64,000 bases of DNA from the NCBI GenBank assembly GCA_030704615.1, contig CM060731.1, forward strand, positions 88,784,001 to 88,848,000. The letters run 5' to 3'. A program made the position numbers and the translations under genes. Numbering within the stretch: position 1 is the stretch's first letter; every line of letters begins with the position of its first letter. Under the pieces are notes generated by a model. The model did no database searches, was not told where the DNA came from, and saw only the letters and a list, made by a program, of their open reading frames with translations. Of the stretch, positions 11,280-24,851 are shown piece by piece. This stretch comes from Takakia lepidozioides (taxonomy: Eukaryota; Plantae; Bryophyta).

Positions 11280-11720
11280 ATGCCTCGCTCACGCAGCTCT
11301 GGGCGCCCTGCGGCACGCCCCGCACCAAGAGCTCCCCCGCCTGCCCCTGTGCATCACGCCCCACCGCCTGCTCCTATGCAGCAGGGCGGTGGAGGCTCCA
11401 TGTTAGGAGGGCTTGCGGGCACCATCGCTCAAGGCATGGCTTTTGGATCAGGGAGCGCAGTCGCCCACCGGGCTGTCGACTCGGTAATGGGTCCGCGCAC
11501 CGTGCAGCATGAGCATGTTGAAGTAACCCAGTCCTCCTCGCAGGTGCCTACTGCCTCGCCTTCGACCACATCGTCTGGGAGCGTGGATGCGTGCATCAAC
11601 CAGGCCAAGGCTTTCCAAGATTGCGTGATGGCCAACGGCAACGATATAGGGAAGTGCCAGTTCTACATTGACATGCTGAATGAGTGCCGCAGGGGTTCTT
11701 CCCAGGGATCCTTCCTGTGA
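11280..11720 (+). CDS. Mitochondrial twin-CX9C CHCH protein (MIX17/CHCHD2/CHCHD10-like)
   Basis: MPRSRSSGR..., Pro-rich N-terminus, GGLAGTIAQGMAFGSGSAVAHRAVDSVMGPR core, CINQAKAFQDC and CQFYIDMLNEC twin CX9C; single coding exon. Confidence 0.93.
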   Translation: MPRSRSSGRPAARPAPRAPPPAPVHHAPPPAPMQQGGGGSMLGGLAGTIAQGMAFGSGSAVAHRAVDSVMGPRTVQHEHVEVTQSSSQVPTASPSTTSSGSVDACINQAKAFQDCVMANGNDIGKCQFYIDMLNECRRGSSQGSFL

Positions 11721-12074
11721 AGCTCACGCTGCCACTGAAAGATAATCAAATCGATTTCACAAACCATTCTGGAGGCATATTGCTGTTCTTTTTTCTTTTT
11801 TGGCCTTAAACATATTTCTAGTCCTATGTTGAATTTTGGACTCGATCATCATTCAATTAAATAATGAGATCAATGGCCTGTAAACTTTGGACTGTAGTGC
11901 ATCTACAAAGGTTTCACTGTCCCATGGGTTGCGCTTCAGGCATGTGGGGTTCATTGAAAATGTTCATGTTTTGCTTTGTTCCATGCAGCCCACGGCTGCC
12001 TTGTGGTAGTTAATACATTCCACGCACTCATTGCAAATGATGAAGATATACCGTCGAGAAAACGTCTTCTGAAG

Positions 12075-12225
12075 GATTAGGGTTTTTTTCCTCCTGCCTG
12101 GTGATGCAGTTTGAAGGATGTAAGGGTTTATGGAGGACGACCCAGGGTGTGGATCCCTGTAGTCAGAAACTCCGGTAAGATAGATTAGGGTTTTTTCCTC
12201 CTGCCTGGTGATGCAGTTTCAAGGA
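12075..12225. repeat. Short direct repeat (~38 bp x2)
   Basis: gattagggttttt(t)cctcctgcctggtgatgcagttt at ~12076 and ~12183. Confidence 0.7.
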
Positions 12226-13539
12226 GCGCAGGTAACCAGGCTCCATAGTAAGGTAGTCAAGCCCAAATTCACGACACTCATTTGTTGGCTTTGTTAAGTG
12301 AGTGTGAATGGATCTCCAGAGTTCCCGGGTGCAGTGCAACGTTCAAACGAAGTCAGTGTTTGAGTCCTAAACATCGATATGATGCGAAATCCAAGTAGAA
12401 CATAACCCTGTATAATGTCAATAGTGACTATAAACTGCATGCAATACTAATGAAACATGGCAGTGTGGCAGCTAATTTCTATAAGAGTCTGCATTTGAGT
12501 TGGAAAGAAGAGTTTGGGTGAGAATAAAAGAATTGACTGCAGTTGTAACTAGTACAATGTCATAAGCCATGGAGGTTCTTGGCAGATTTTTGGTAAACAG
12601 TATGAGAGCTCATCTTGACTCTTCCTCACCTGGAGTCTTCTCTCTCAAATCCAATACAATGTTCTCAATAAATGCCACAATTTTTTGCATCACATCAAGC
12701 TAGTGAAATTGGATGAGTTAATGTTTGCCATTCTCCTCGGTCCTTGCCGCCTTGGCTCCTGACATCAAACGTCTTCATAGAGCCATTGTCTTTCCACTCA
12801 AATCATGCAGGGCAGCAGGTGGGTGGTGCCCTCATGGTACTTGAGGCTTCTTACTATGTCTGCGTTTTCTCTGCAACCAACAATGGATGTCAATAAGTGT
12901 TACTCCAGTGTACTCCATTAGTGTACTCCATTTGTCAACAAAAATTTACAAGATTCACTGGAGGAAGGCAAAATAAATTTACTGCCAACATGTTGCTCAA
13001 ATGACTTTCCTAACAAATAATGCCTACAAGCAGGTGTACTACCTTCTGATTCATCACTTTGAGTTGCTCCGGCAGGCTTGACTGTCTCCTTTGGAATTGA
13101 ATTAACCTGCAGCTGGCAAGCCAACATCATGATACACTCATGAGGACACTCCATTTGTCACTCCACAGAGATGCCGTAGCCTTGAGACCAACTTTGCCCT
13201 GTGATGTAACCTTCCCTGCCTGCTGACACTCCCAGTATGACTACCATCAAAGCTCTATCCGGCCCCGGACATCCAGTTTTCTGAAATCCAGCTGGAGTAC
13301 ACTCATAAGTGTAATACAATGCCATAACACAGATTTCTAGCCTGCAGCCTGATGTTGTGTAGTATAACCCTTCCACTTGGGTGACTGCTACAGCTACTTG
13401 CGACAGGACTTGAGCTTTGCTAGAGCTGTTCTCGCAACACTACCAGAGAAGATGTTAGTGACAGCAGATCCTTCCATTTGTGTTTAACCTTATTATGAAA
13501 ATGCCCAGTTTATATCTTACATTCTCTGAAGAAGAGTTC

Positions 13540-15105
13540 AAAGCCACCTTGGACTCGCAGGTTAGCAAGTAAGATGCGCCCACCAGACAGCCTCCTACAA
13601 CTCCGATCAAGCCCAGGACCTTATTGCTCTCCACCTGCACCTCTTATAGATGACGCGATAATATCAATGACTGCCAAGGCCATGCCCAGTTAGCAAACGA
13701 GAACCAGTATTCGATCTCTCTTGAAGTTCTCTTGCAACAAGAGAGGGCTTGAGGAGAGAATATACTCGAAATAATGTGCTTGCTCTAACCTTGTGACCAG
13801 AGCTCAACAACCAGTATCATGAGATTGGATTGATTCTATTGTGCTTGATATGGTCTAGAGGGGAGAGACAGAGATGGAAGTTGCGCCCCTCCTCAAAAAG
13901 CTGGTGACTTGTGGGACTCTCATTGAACATTCCCAGGGCAGGAGGGTAAAGGGGAAGTACCTCGATACCAGCAGAAGGTGCTGGGAAGGTTGCCTCTGAA
14001 GCAGCAGGAGTTGGTGATGGGGCATGCATTTCAACAGCAGGAGAGGCTGTTGATGAGGTGACTGCCTCCTCAGTAACAGGGGTCAATGAGGGAGGTGGCT
14101 CAACAGCAGAAGGCAATGCAAGAGGTTCTTCAGAAAAAGAAGAAGAAGATGGGGGAAGCCCTTAATCGCTGGCAACAGGTGGAAAGGGAGGCAGTTCAAG
14201 AGCAGGTGCGAGTGATGTGATAGGAGCCTCTTCAACAGCAAGGGAAGATGCTGGAGGCGCCTCATCAGTGGTAGGGATGGACAATGGAGGAGCCTCTTCA
14301 GCAGCAGGAGAGGCCTTGCGCCGCTTTTCAATCTGCTGCAACAACTCCAGCCTCATCCTTTGTGACTCTAAAATTGTTAAAATCGAAGTGTTAGTCAAGA
14401 AAACCAATTTTCTTCAGATCTAACCAGGTTAGAACATGGATCTTCTATGTCTCTCCTACAACATAGGGAATATCAGTACGAATTGATCCTTTTGTAAGGC
14501 ATACCAGCCTACTCCGATAGAGAAAGTCAGCTGCTGAATTGCGGTTAGTGCCAGTGCAATATTAGGATCGCTTGGAAGAAGTCTACTTGATTCAGGCTGT
14601 GGAAAACAAAGAAAGAGACACATATGGGAAATCCGAGAGAGGGCGCGGATTTTCTGCCTTCTTGTGCATTTTGAAGGTGTACTACCAGTGGACTAGCGTG
14701 CACTAGGTACGTCTCCATGCCAGCCTCCGTCTCTCCCTCTCCGAAATATTGGGACGAAATGAGGGATGAGGGGGGAGAAAGAAGGGCACCATTCAGCAAT
14801 GCTACATCAGCAAACGCGGATGATGCAACGAGAACCTGTGCAGAGATAGTAACCAGCGCCACCATAGCCTTCTGTGTGAGCCCATGCTTGCTCCGGTCCA
14901 AATAATATCTATGCCTGTCCGTTTCTCCAAGGCTACATGTTGGTGTAATCCTCGTAGCCCGAGCAGACACCAATTTTCCCTTACCTTCTTTTCCCGAAAT
15001 TATGGCCAGAGAGAGATACCCCTTAGCATCTGGAAACTTTAGTTTGTGGACAAAGGGAGAGGAGCAGGGAAGCAGACTCTGCTGAAATCTCATAGCTCCT
15101 GCCAT
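13540..15105 (-). CDS. Putative plastid/thylakoid-type protein of unknown function with Pro/Glu-rich region and TM segment; exon structure uncertain, possibly degenerate
   Basis: Transit-peptide-like N-terminus followed by a hydrophobic stretch ending ASSAFA; plausible exon 14505-14582; P/E/A-rich frame 14407-13817 with in-frame TAA at 14162; TM-like exon KVLGLIGVVGGCLVGASYLL. Confidence 0.4.
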
Positions 15106-16807
15106 CTTCTTTGGCTTGGAAGCTCTATGAACAACGTGGATTCACCGATTCTATTTCACTTTGGTTCCCAGATCTCTATCAGATGACAACTCTCTTTCTG
15201 TCTCCTCCCTCCCATGGACATGGTGATGCCGGCATAGTACATTGTACAAACAAGTGTACTGTAGCAATGTACTACTGCTCCAGATCGTTCCATGATAAAA
15301 CTCATCAGGCCGTACTACAGTCGATAAATCCATGTCAATCTGCAGAATCTGTCAGGACAATGTGGGTATAACCCATTCTTACCTCAAGCCATGCTTGGCG
15401 TCGTAGGATGGGTGGATGAATTTGGGCATTGAGGCATTGCTATTTCAAGCTAGGTAGGGACCCACCATGCGTCTTTCTTCTCTTCCAGCCATAGATCGTC
15501 ACGTCACATAAGCAGTGGGGCCAACAGGAATGATGGGGCTTTCCAAAGCACACTTGCCAATTAGGCTGAGTGAGTGAGAAAGGTTCACTGAACACTAAAC
15601 ACAAGACCCGATCAGTGGTAAATTCACTCAGCCCAGTTAATGCGTTCTAGGTTATATTCTAGAAGTCATTCAATGGGAAACACAAACATGAAGAATCAAG
15701 TCGTCCACTAACAAGGAGCCACTCAGACCTTGAGTGGTTTGAACACTGACACCATTTCCACTGCAACAGATGCAGACAATACACAGTGGAATAGACATTC
15801 TGCTAGAGATTCCATGACTCGTATGAAGTTTCCTAGTTAACTAGATTGCTTTCTGCATCTTGAAACCAGTCATTGCAAGAAAGATAAAAAACTTACCCCT
15901 CGCATAAAGGCATGAGGATCTTAAGCTCTACCAGCATCTGTCTCAGTCTATGCTTCATGTAAGCCTACTAGTCAAACACCCACGACAGTCTAATCAAACT
16001 TCTGGCTCAATACATGCCTCATGTGAACACCAGTCACACATCCACAACAGTATAATGGGACTGAACCACAGGTCCCTGCCCTTCAAATAATCAAGCACCG
16101 AAACCACTACATCAAAGATGGTGGGGATACGTACTATTCACTTAATCAGCACCTCCGAAGAAATGGCACACTTTATGATCTTCAACTGGTCAATACATGA
16201 AGTTGACAGAGGGTGCCAAGAAGCTCTAATATAATACACGGCGGCATTTTCGCACAAATGCAGGAACACCTCAATTTCTACATAGGGTTACAAAAAGTGC
16301 TCCCTCTCATGATCTTCCCAGATTAGCAGCATGCTAATCTTTGGTCAATACAGATGTATAATCGTACAGTGGCTAACCTACTTAAATAAATGAAAAAATG
16401 GTCAATCAATGCTTGACTCCAAGTGTTGAGATTAAGCCAATAATGGGGTGCGCTCATCTGGCTTTGCTGTTCTCTTTGAATTATAGCCCAAATAATGTGC
16501 CTGCACAATACGATCAACACCAACAAAATAATCATTTCATTCTTCCATCATAGCAACAGGAATTGTCAACAACAGCTTGGACCATTTCGAGTGACTCACT
16601 GAAATGCCATTAAACCAACATCAGAGGTCAAGCAATGCAAAAATTCCCAGATGGACTCCACTCCTTACAGCTAGAAAATTTAGATGTTGCGACACAGAGT
16701 GGCCAAGGATGCTTGAACCTCCACAACTCAGTCCTCCAGCACAACATTGCACTCAATCATGAAGAAAAAGAGATTAGGAAATCCAGCTCAAACCAGATGC
16801 TTCCAAG

Positions 16808-17847
16808 CTAGGCGAGATCCTGGGAACTTCCACAGCTTGTTATTGAAAGATTGTGGTGAGAGACTTGTACATAAATAACCTGCTATAATCAATCTACAAG
16901 CTTGTTACAAACTAAAACATCTTTGAAGCCTCATTTGCTGTGTACGGGTGTGAGAATGTACTCATAAGACGTTGTTTGCCGTAGCCTTTTGGCCATTGAC
17001 CCCGTGCCCAGTTTGAGCGGAACACAAAAGGACAGAAACTACCGTTGTCAGAGGCTGACGCTGGTAGTATCACTTACCTTGAAACAGACAATTGATCCGA
17101 GCCAGAAGCCCAGGCCCTTTTGGGGTCTAGTTAGTGGGTAAATCACACACAGCAGATTGACGTTTGTGTGAAGGGATTTCTAGACGATATCTGGAAAACG
17201 GGTGTGAGAGCGAGACAGAGAGACAGACAGACAGAGAGACAATGGTCTGAGAAGGTGGAAGGAAACAAACCTGTATAAAGAGAGTGATGTCGAGAGAAAC
17301 AGTCCCGAAACTTCCTAAAAGCCAGGGAGCCTTTCCAAGGAAGTCTAACCTGCAACATCAAATATGCACACCTTCAAAACTTGTTCCAAAAACAAGTTGG
17401 TCCAGAAAGGGGATGAGAGGCCACAGAAGAATATAAAGAATGATCAGTACAAAAAACAAACGGGAGAAATGGTGGACAAACAGGTGATTGAAAGAAAGAT
17501 GCAAAATCGCATACCACGATTTGAGGCGCATGACAATGGCGGTGCCATAAGTGACGTTAGCAAGGGCCGCACAGGCAACCATGGCAAGTGACAAGCCTTC
17601 TGCAGACCCTCTTTTCTGGTTCTTCATCAGCTGTGAAATGCGCGAACCCAAGTACAATCCTGATGATGCCCACCTGCCAAATGAGGACAGATAAGCATGA
17701 GCATCTTCAGAGCACGTCCTTTTAAGAACAGCTATTCTACTGTTTCTAATCAACCCCAAACGTACTCCTCGTTTTTCTTACGACACACTTCTACCTTGAT
17801 CTCCAGCATGTGTCTGTACGTGTGTGTATTGGGGGGGGGGGGGGGAG

Positions 17848-17892
<45 letters not shown>

Positions 17893-20784
17893 TACTCATA
17901 AAATTTTGTTTGTCGTAGCCTTGTGGGCACAGACGAAATATAGAGGAAATAGAGGGGGAGAGAGAGAGAGAGAGAGAAAAGAGATTTGTAGTGTTCCCAA
18001 GAGGAAAAGATATACGAGAGAAGAAAATTATATTGCTACCAGGGCCTCTATGGGACACACTAGTCTTAGTGAAATGGGGGCTAAGTGGGAGAGAGAAGGG
18101 GAGGGAGTAGTACAAACCCAAATGCAGTACCGCTCTCCTTCTGGGGGGGGGAGGGAGAGAGAGAGAGAGAGAGAGAATGTACTCATAAGACTTTGTTTGT
18201 CGTAGCCTTGTGGGCACAGACGAAATATAGAGGAAATAGAGGGGGAGAGAGAGAGAGAGAGAAAAGAGATTTGTAGTGTTCTCAAGAGGAAAAGATATAC
18301 GAGAGAAGAAAATTATATTGCTACCAGGGCCTCTATGGGACACACTAGTCTTAGTGAAATGGGGGCTAAGTGGGAGAGAGAAGGGGAGGGAGTAGTACAA
18401 ACCCAAATGCAGTACCGCTCTCCTTCATCCACCAAAGCCTGGGGCTGGCTTTACAAATAATCAGCAACTTTCTGCCTGCTGCCATTGCAACTGAGCTCCC
18501 TGAGGGCACATTGCCCCTACCTAGCTGGTGAGATGCCATTCCAACACAAAGCAGGCCTGTGACACCTGCTGCAGCAGCAAGGCGCATCTTCTTCTTGTTC
18601 CGGTGCAAACCATGGTGAATAGTGAGGCGTGGCCCAGTAGGTGGACCATACTCTAGGCCATATTCCATCACCACACGCCGCAATTGCCGCCGCATTCCAG
18701 CCTCATCATCCTCAGCTGTTTTGAACGAGCACTGTTGCCGCACATTCTCACAGTCACCCACTGGATTCAACACCAGAGTTGGCCTCTCGGCCTGAGGCAG
18801 ACTGGTGTGTGGGCCATGCCATGCATGTGCAATCATCACTGCCCCAGAACGTCCCGTCACGTATGTGATTCCGTGACAGGCCTCCTCTATTTTTTCTTCT
18901 TCTCCCTTGCCTGCCCCACCCCAGGAAATCTAATTCGTGAGCCTCCACCCATGAGCCTGTGAGTGAACACTGTAAGTCTATAAGCCTGTTCTCACGATTT
19001 TGGGTGAATCAGGTTTGAGTCATGAGCTGAGCTCACGGATTTCACGCTCACTTGCTCATGGGCTCATGAATCCTGTTCATGGAGTAGTTTCTCTCCCCCA
19101 CCCCAAACACACACCCTCTATGCCTCCACCTTTCCTCATGTGACAACCTCTTGCAAGACACAGGAATAACCATGAGCCATTTACAACAAGCCCGTACAAG
19201 GTCACCAGTTGTCTGTGGTGCATATCATTAAGAACGGCAACAAAAATGTGGCCCATGGTACTAGAGAGGTTAGAGAGCTTCCTTGGAATAGGCTAACCTC
19301 TCCTCACTTTCTGGTATCCTACCATCCCAGTTTTCTGAACTCAAACAAGAAGGCAAATCAATGTGAAAACCTAGTAAACTTTGAACTCGCATTTGAGAGG
19401 TAACCAAAGATTAAAAGATAGCTACATCGAAGGTAAAGAAGAGCACAGGAGACGAAACCAAAGGCATCAGGTTTAACAAGAGTAAATCCAACAACTGACC
19501 TGATTTCGAAGTAGTTGAGCCTGGTGGAGCATGCACCACAATTTCTGCCTTCCTCTTGAGTCTTTCATCACTCACCACTATGCCCAGCAGCTCTTCCTTC
19601 TCCTCCTTGCGAGCCTGATAGTACACATACTGCCACCCCAAAGCAGCACCCTGTTAACATCTCACTTCCACTTAGGAGTGTAGCTTTCCTTCCCAATCTT
19701 TCTTTCTCTCTAACACATACATGTATGCAAAACAATTGAGGACCCCCCTCGCATCACTGTAGGGCCAACATTTCCTGCAGGTGCTTGATACTGTATCACA
19801 AATGACCCCCCACAGCAAATAGTTTCTCAAGAACACAACAGTGCATGACAATTACAGGACCAAATACCTGGCTGATAATAAGGGAGTCAGCAACTATGAA
19901 ATACATTGCCGTAAGAGTTTCAGTGGCCAGTTGGTCACCCGTGAAAAGACAGCCCAACAGATTGAAGGAGTCCCCCTGCACATTTTAATCCTTCCAACAT
20001 ATTCATTGCCCGACATTGATTGCGCGTGGTCTTGGTGCATAAGGGAACAGCAAGGAAGCATAAAGAAGCAAAATGGGGTCTGGTAATGCGCTTGGGTAGA
20101 GAAAAGTGCTAGCTTATGTATTGGACACGTGGAATCATGGAACTTATCAATGCCCACCTCAACTTTATGTAAATGAACAGATTCAAAATCCCACATCAAA
20201 ATCTCTTGGACTACAGGAAGGAACAGTTGAAAGTTTTGTGAATCAACGAACTTCACAAAGCACAACAAACAAGTAAAAGTTGAAACCCACAGGATACTGA
20301 TAGTATGACTTAATGCTATCGCTTGTAGCACGTATCACAAGGTGAATGTGATAGCTAGAAACGTAAAATTGCAATGAATAGAATAGAATGCAAAATAATA
20401 CTACAGTGACCACTCAAATTTCCAAGTGACACTCACTAAGTTGAATGATCAATGGGTGCGCTTTCCAATCAACAAGTCAGAGTCAGGCTTCGTCAAGCAA
20501 ACAGTATGCAGCAAGGCTGATTACACAAAGCCAAACAGAAGGCTAGTACCTACCGCAAGCCACTGAAAGAGGAACCACGGAGAGAGTGCATCCGAACTTT
20601 GATTCCGGAAATTGCTGATGAACTGAGGCAGCTGTGCTATAATCCAAAAAATCATCGATGACACGCCTATGAGGAACGCTGCCATATCCCATGATGTGTA
20701 AACACAATCCCCAAACCATGTCTGAATCCATGCGATTGCGTTTGAATCGCATCCACACTTGGTCTCTGTGTATCCTCCATACAT
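16808..20784 (-). CDS. PQ-loop repeat vacuolar/lysosomal amino-acid transporter (YPQ1/PQLC2-like), multi-exon
   Basis: Exons encode IAQLPQFISNFRNQSSDALSPWFLFQWLA, GDSFNLLGCLFTGDQLATE, LYLGSRISQLMKNQKRGSAEGLS, KAPWLLGSFGTVSLDITLFIQ; final exon ends TAG at 16808. Confidence 0.9.
16944..17209 (-). mobile_element. Short non-LTR retroposon (SINE or 5'-truncated LINE end) with 12-bp TSD
   Basis: Direct repeat acgggtgtgaga at 16944-16955 and 17198-17209 flanks a 242-bp insert whose end (atgtactcataagac...tttgccgtagcctt) recurs at ~17890, ~18177 and ~27972. Confidence 0.75.
17830..18426. repeat. ~290-bp tandem duplication with (GA)n microsatellites inside a PQ-loop intron
   Basis: Two near-identical units, each poly-G/(GA)n-atgtactcataa...gtaccgctctccttc. 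Confidence 0.9.
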
Positions 20785-22732
20785 ACCGACCCTTGCCAGC
20801 CGATAACAAATTTCTCAAACGATCACAGGGCTTCCTTTCACAGAAAGGGGCCAAGAAGAAAGCACAACAGAGAAGGTAAATCTATCCAATCTGAAGGACC
20901 TTCCCCTAGGTGCTGGCCAGATGCATGTAATTCTGGCCGTATTCAGAAGTCTGAATCGTATTCAGAAGGCTCAAACGAAAGTAGCATCCCAGTTGGCGTG
21001 AAAGCTCACATCCACTGTCTGCTTCATCGCACTTAATCCCTTCCATCCACACATGCCTGCTCGGGCACACCCTGCAAGACTTCGGAGCGAAACCCCTCGC
21101 GCAGCAGTTCGGGATTTGACTAACACGTCGGTGCAGCAACAGCCGCCTGGCACCTGCAGTTATCAGAGGATTGCGACATAGCCTGTTGTGTAAACCGAGT
21201 ACACAACCCAGTTGACTAGCATCTCAACCCCAGCCTTTCCATCTCACACTCTGCACATCCCCACAGCTCCACAATCCACATTCTCACATTCCCGCACACC
21301 TCCGCGTTCTACAAGTCTAGAGGAAGCCAAGGCAGGAGGAGCGCAGCACAAGCAGCACCACTCACAAGCACACTGCGCTCCTCCGGCCCACCACCTTCGC
21401 CTCGCCGGTCGCCAAACTGCCTTTCCAAGATTCACACGTCCCAACCCACCTGATAAGTTCACATAAAAGGGTGCCAGATCGCACCTTGTGCTGTGCCGCT
21501 TACCACCTGATAAGTAGTAACAGAGGGTGGAACAGTGCATACGAGACCCTGCTTATCAATTAGATTCTGGTGCCGTGTCGTCCACCCATTAGCAGCGTCG
21601 GCAAAAGTTGCCGTGGCTGAATCGGCGGTGGGCCCCCGCTTACCGGCCCGGCTGTCGCCGCAACACTGCTGTGGCGCGTCTGTGATGTATTGAGCAAAAG
21701 GAAAATGAGCAAATGCAGCGCTGAATTGAGGGGCCTGCTTAGCAGACGAGCAAGGCACGCCTGCTGCCACCTCTGTGGCGTCCACAGCGGTTGCTGTAAG
21801 AAGAAGCAAGCAGAACAAGGATCCAAGTGGTCCGCCACTGCAGCGGTCAAAAATTCCTCCGACGTTTGCTCTGCTAACACGGCTTAACTTCGCCGCATCG
21901 CATACATCCCAGCTCTTCGGACTGCCGTGGGCAGTTCGCAGATCTTGGTGCAGTCTCTCCTCTCCCCAGGTTGTGGAGCATTCAACGATTGGCTCATCAG
22001 TAAGTGTTCGTGTGAGTTCCCCTAATAATAAACCCGTGAATTTTCGCTCCCACGCTGGGGATACGTATCACCGATGACAAATTGTTCATTTGAGTTGGGG
22101 CGGTGGAGTCATGGGCCAATAACATTGACAATGACAAGGAAGCAGATCCAAATTATTCTGGCAAGCTGACACACGAAACATGCCGAAAATGATTGGTCAA
22201 GATGTTCCACAGAAGGAAACTCCTTGATAATATGAAGGAAACTTCTTGATGATATGAAGACGTTCCTTCTGCTTGCTCACTGGAGAAGTTCTTGATGCAT
22301 GGAGAGGACCTCTAATACCGACTGTGGATAATTGTGGCACACCAACTCCACCAATGTATGGTCTTTAGGGGGTGTTAATTGCTCATCTCCTCTACCATTG
22401 TTTATGGACTGAGTCAGGAGTGCCTAACCATTATTTGATAGCAAAATCAAAACAGAGAAGCCTACCCTTTATTCATGACATTGCAAGAGATCTGGTTAAC
22501 ACCCTACATTTCTATGTCGAAGTCATAAACTACTTGCTCATACTTTCAGAATAGTTGATAACATAACATGGAGAGCTTTCTACATCCACACGAGCATGTG
22601 AGAAGGGTTCCCCTCATTGGGTCGGTACACATACTCACAAAATGTGCACTTGAGGAACTGCATCCCACCAAAAATCTGACAGATTACATGGCATGATAAA
22701 CAAAGGTGGAGCAAAAGGTTACTGGGTTACTG

Positions 22733-24532
22733 TCAGCTGTCTTTATCAGAAGACTTCTCCAAAGGCTTTTGGCTACCCCGTGCTGCCTTCAGTTTTTCAA
22801 AGTCTATACCATCAAACTTGAGCTTGGAGTCGAGATAACGTGTTCCATATGCAGAGCCAAAGCCCCACCCTAATCCTAACCCAACTCCACAGCCTCCACC
22901 TTCATGACGACAAACCACAAAGAAGCTCAGCCCCACTTCAACCTCCTACAGCATATAGATCTATTCAACAGGGATTACCATAACTTATACAAATCCCTCG
23001 CCAACCAGAATTGTCTCCTTGCAGTTCTGAAGACGAGAGAGGATCTCTGCCACAAAGGTAGGCCTCTCGTATATTTGAGTCAAAAGATGCTGTAGTCCGA
23101 CTGGAAAATAGAGCCAGTGAGTTTTTGTATGTCTGTGGGCATCCCATAAGGCAATGGATGTTGTGGCTTGCAAATAGCTGGCTGAGAGATCCCATGTCAA
23201 GGAAGAGTCTGATGAGTTTGTTAAATGCTTGAATATGTAAGAGTCTGCCGAATCAGTGTTCCACACACATTGTTGCTGAACGCTCTGATTCGTCAGCAGC
23301 TGCTGGGATATGCTGCAACGATAGAGTTCCATGGAGCCCCACCACTTTCAAAGTTCCGGCAAGAAATTGGATACTAGATAGAATGGCTCCGTTAGTGTCC
23401 TGGTCAACGAACCAACGCTGTGAGAACAGAAGCTTTGTCAAGAGTTCCCATGTTTGGTGGAGGATTTGGTATTCAAATAGCTTTTATTGAAAAACTCACA
23501 AAAACTCACAATTGCCCGTCAAACTGGCGAGAGAGAAGTGAAGCAGCCATGTTTACCTGCACCAAGGCCCAAGGTCTGAAGCGGTGCTCCTGCAACAATG
23601 GCAGCAGGAACTCAGCAACCTGTTTCACAAGTCAAGGACACTTACCTATCACCACTAAGAATAAAACACGTTGTAGAACAGACATCGTGCCTACAAGTAG
23701 TACACTTTTGGTCGAGAGAGCACGCATGCGACAGAGGGATCAATTACCATAGGATTCACATCTTGCCCCCACATACCACTGTGACTGCATAGTGACCTAA
23801 TCAATGTGAAAGACTGGCCAAGGAATCAACTAACCTCCAAAGCCCCAGCCAATGCCAAAACCACAGCCCACCCCAAAACCTGTCAAAAACCATGCATTCA
23901 CCATCAGTCAACCAGACCTTGGCTTATCCACTGCCGCCATATGAGAGCATTGAATAGACACTGTAAGAGACAAATCAGACTCGATTTCCAGAAGGGAACG
24001 TGCATCGCATAACGCGAGCCCCAGACACATTGCCTGAGCTGATTTTCGAGGTGGGTGTACACCCTAATAATGAAATTAACATCCAATCGTGCGGGGATTG
24101 AAAAGAGGTAGAGAGGAGGGCAAGGCAAATATCACCTTATGCTGCTGGAGGGTAGCAGAGGTATAAATTCGACCCCATATTTCCACGGGGCTAACGCACA
24201 GCCAAGAACAACAGTTTGGCTACAGAGACATGTGTGTTTCTTCAAAAGTTCGAGTCGAGCTGACCTCAACACTGCTAGGGTAGCCCTCTGCCTACCCTCT
24301 CGACAAGCTCACATAGTGCCAAGATCGCCCAATCGCTGATTCAAACTACGCCTAGGAAGAAAACACTACCTGGTTCTCAAGGGAACCGATAGGTACTAGA
24401 TACAGTTGCGGCTGCTTGAAAAGGGAGTCTACATACAACGCTACTTCTGAGGACCCCATGATCGTAGTGGGGGACGGAGGGAGAAAGGGTACCAAAGCCG
24501 ACACCACGACCGTTGAAGAAGGCAAGTCCCAT
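22733..24532 (-). CDS. TGD5: TRIGALACTOSYLDIACYLGLYCEROL 5-like small glycine-rich plastid envelope protein, 4 exons
   Basis: Spliced exons MGLAFFNGRGVGFG / FGVGCGFGIGWGFG / GAPLQTLGLGA / GGGCGVGLGLGWGFGSAYGTRYLDSKLKFDGIDFEK...*, GT-AG phase-1 introns; matches the TGD5 pattern. Confidence 0.9.
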
Positions 24533-24851
24533 GGTCCTTTCCGCTTCAAGCACCACAACCTGAGATGATACTCGCTCAGATTCACCGCTGCCCTCCCGAC
24601 CTGCTGGGTACACTCGTGACTCTGCAGGGAATGACCGACCTGCTGGTCCTTTTACGATCGTTAACAATCGGTCTCTAGAGCTGGTGGATGTTAACTAACG
24701 TGTATCATGTGTGCCGTTTGTTACAGGCCCATGTCACACCACCGTTTTGATGTAGAGGCATCATCGTCATCGTCTGGGTTGCTCCATCGATTCCTGGAGC
24801 GGTCTGCGGAGGGATCTGTGAAGCTTGGTTCATATCTTCCGTCGATGCGTG

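Noticed and set aside
17750-18406. 218-aa ORF on the minus strand
   Set aside because: Derived from (TC)n microsatellites and the tandem duplication inside an intron.
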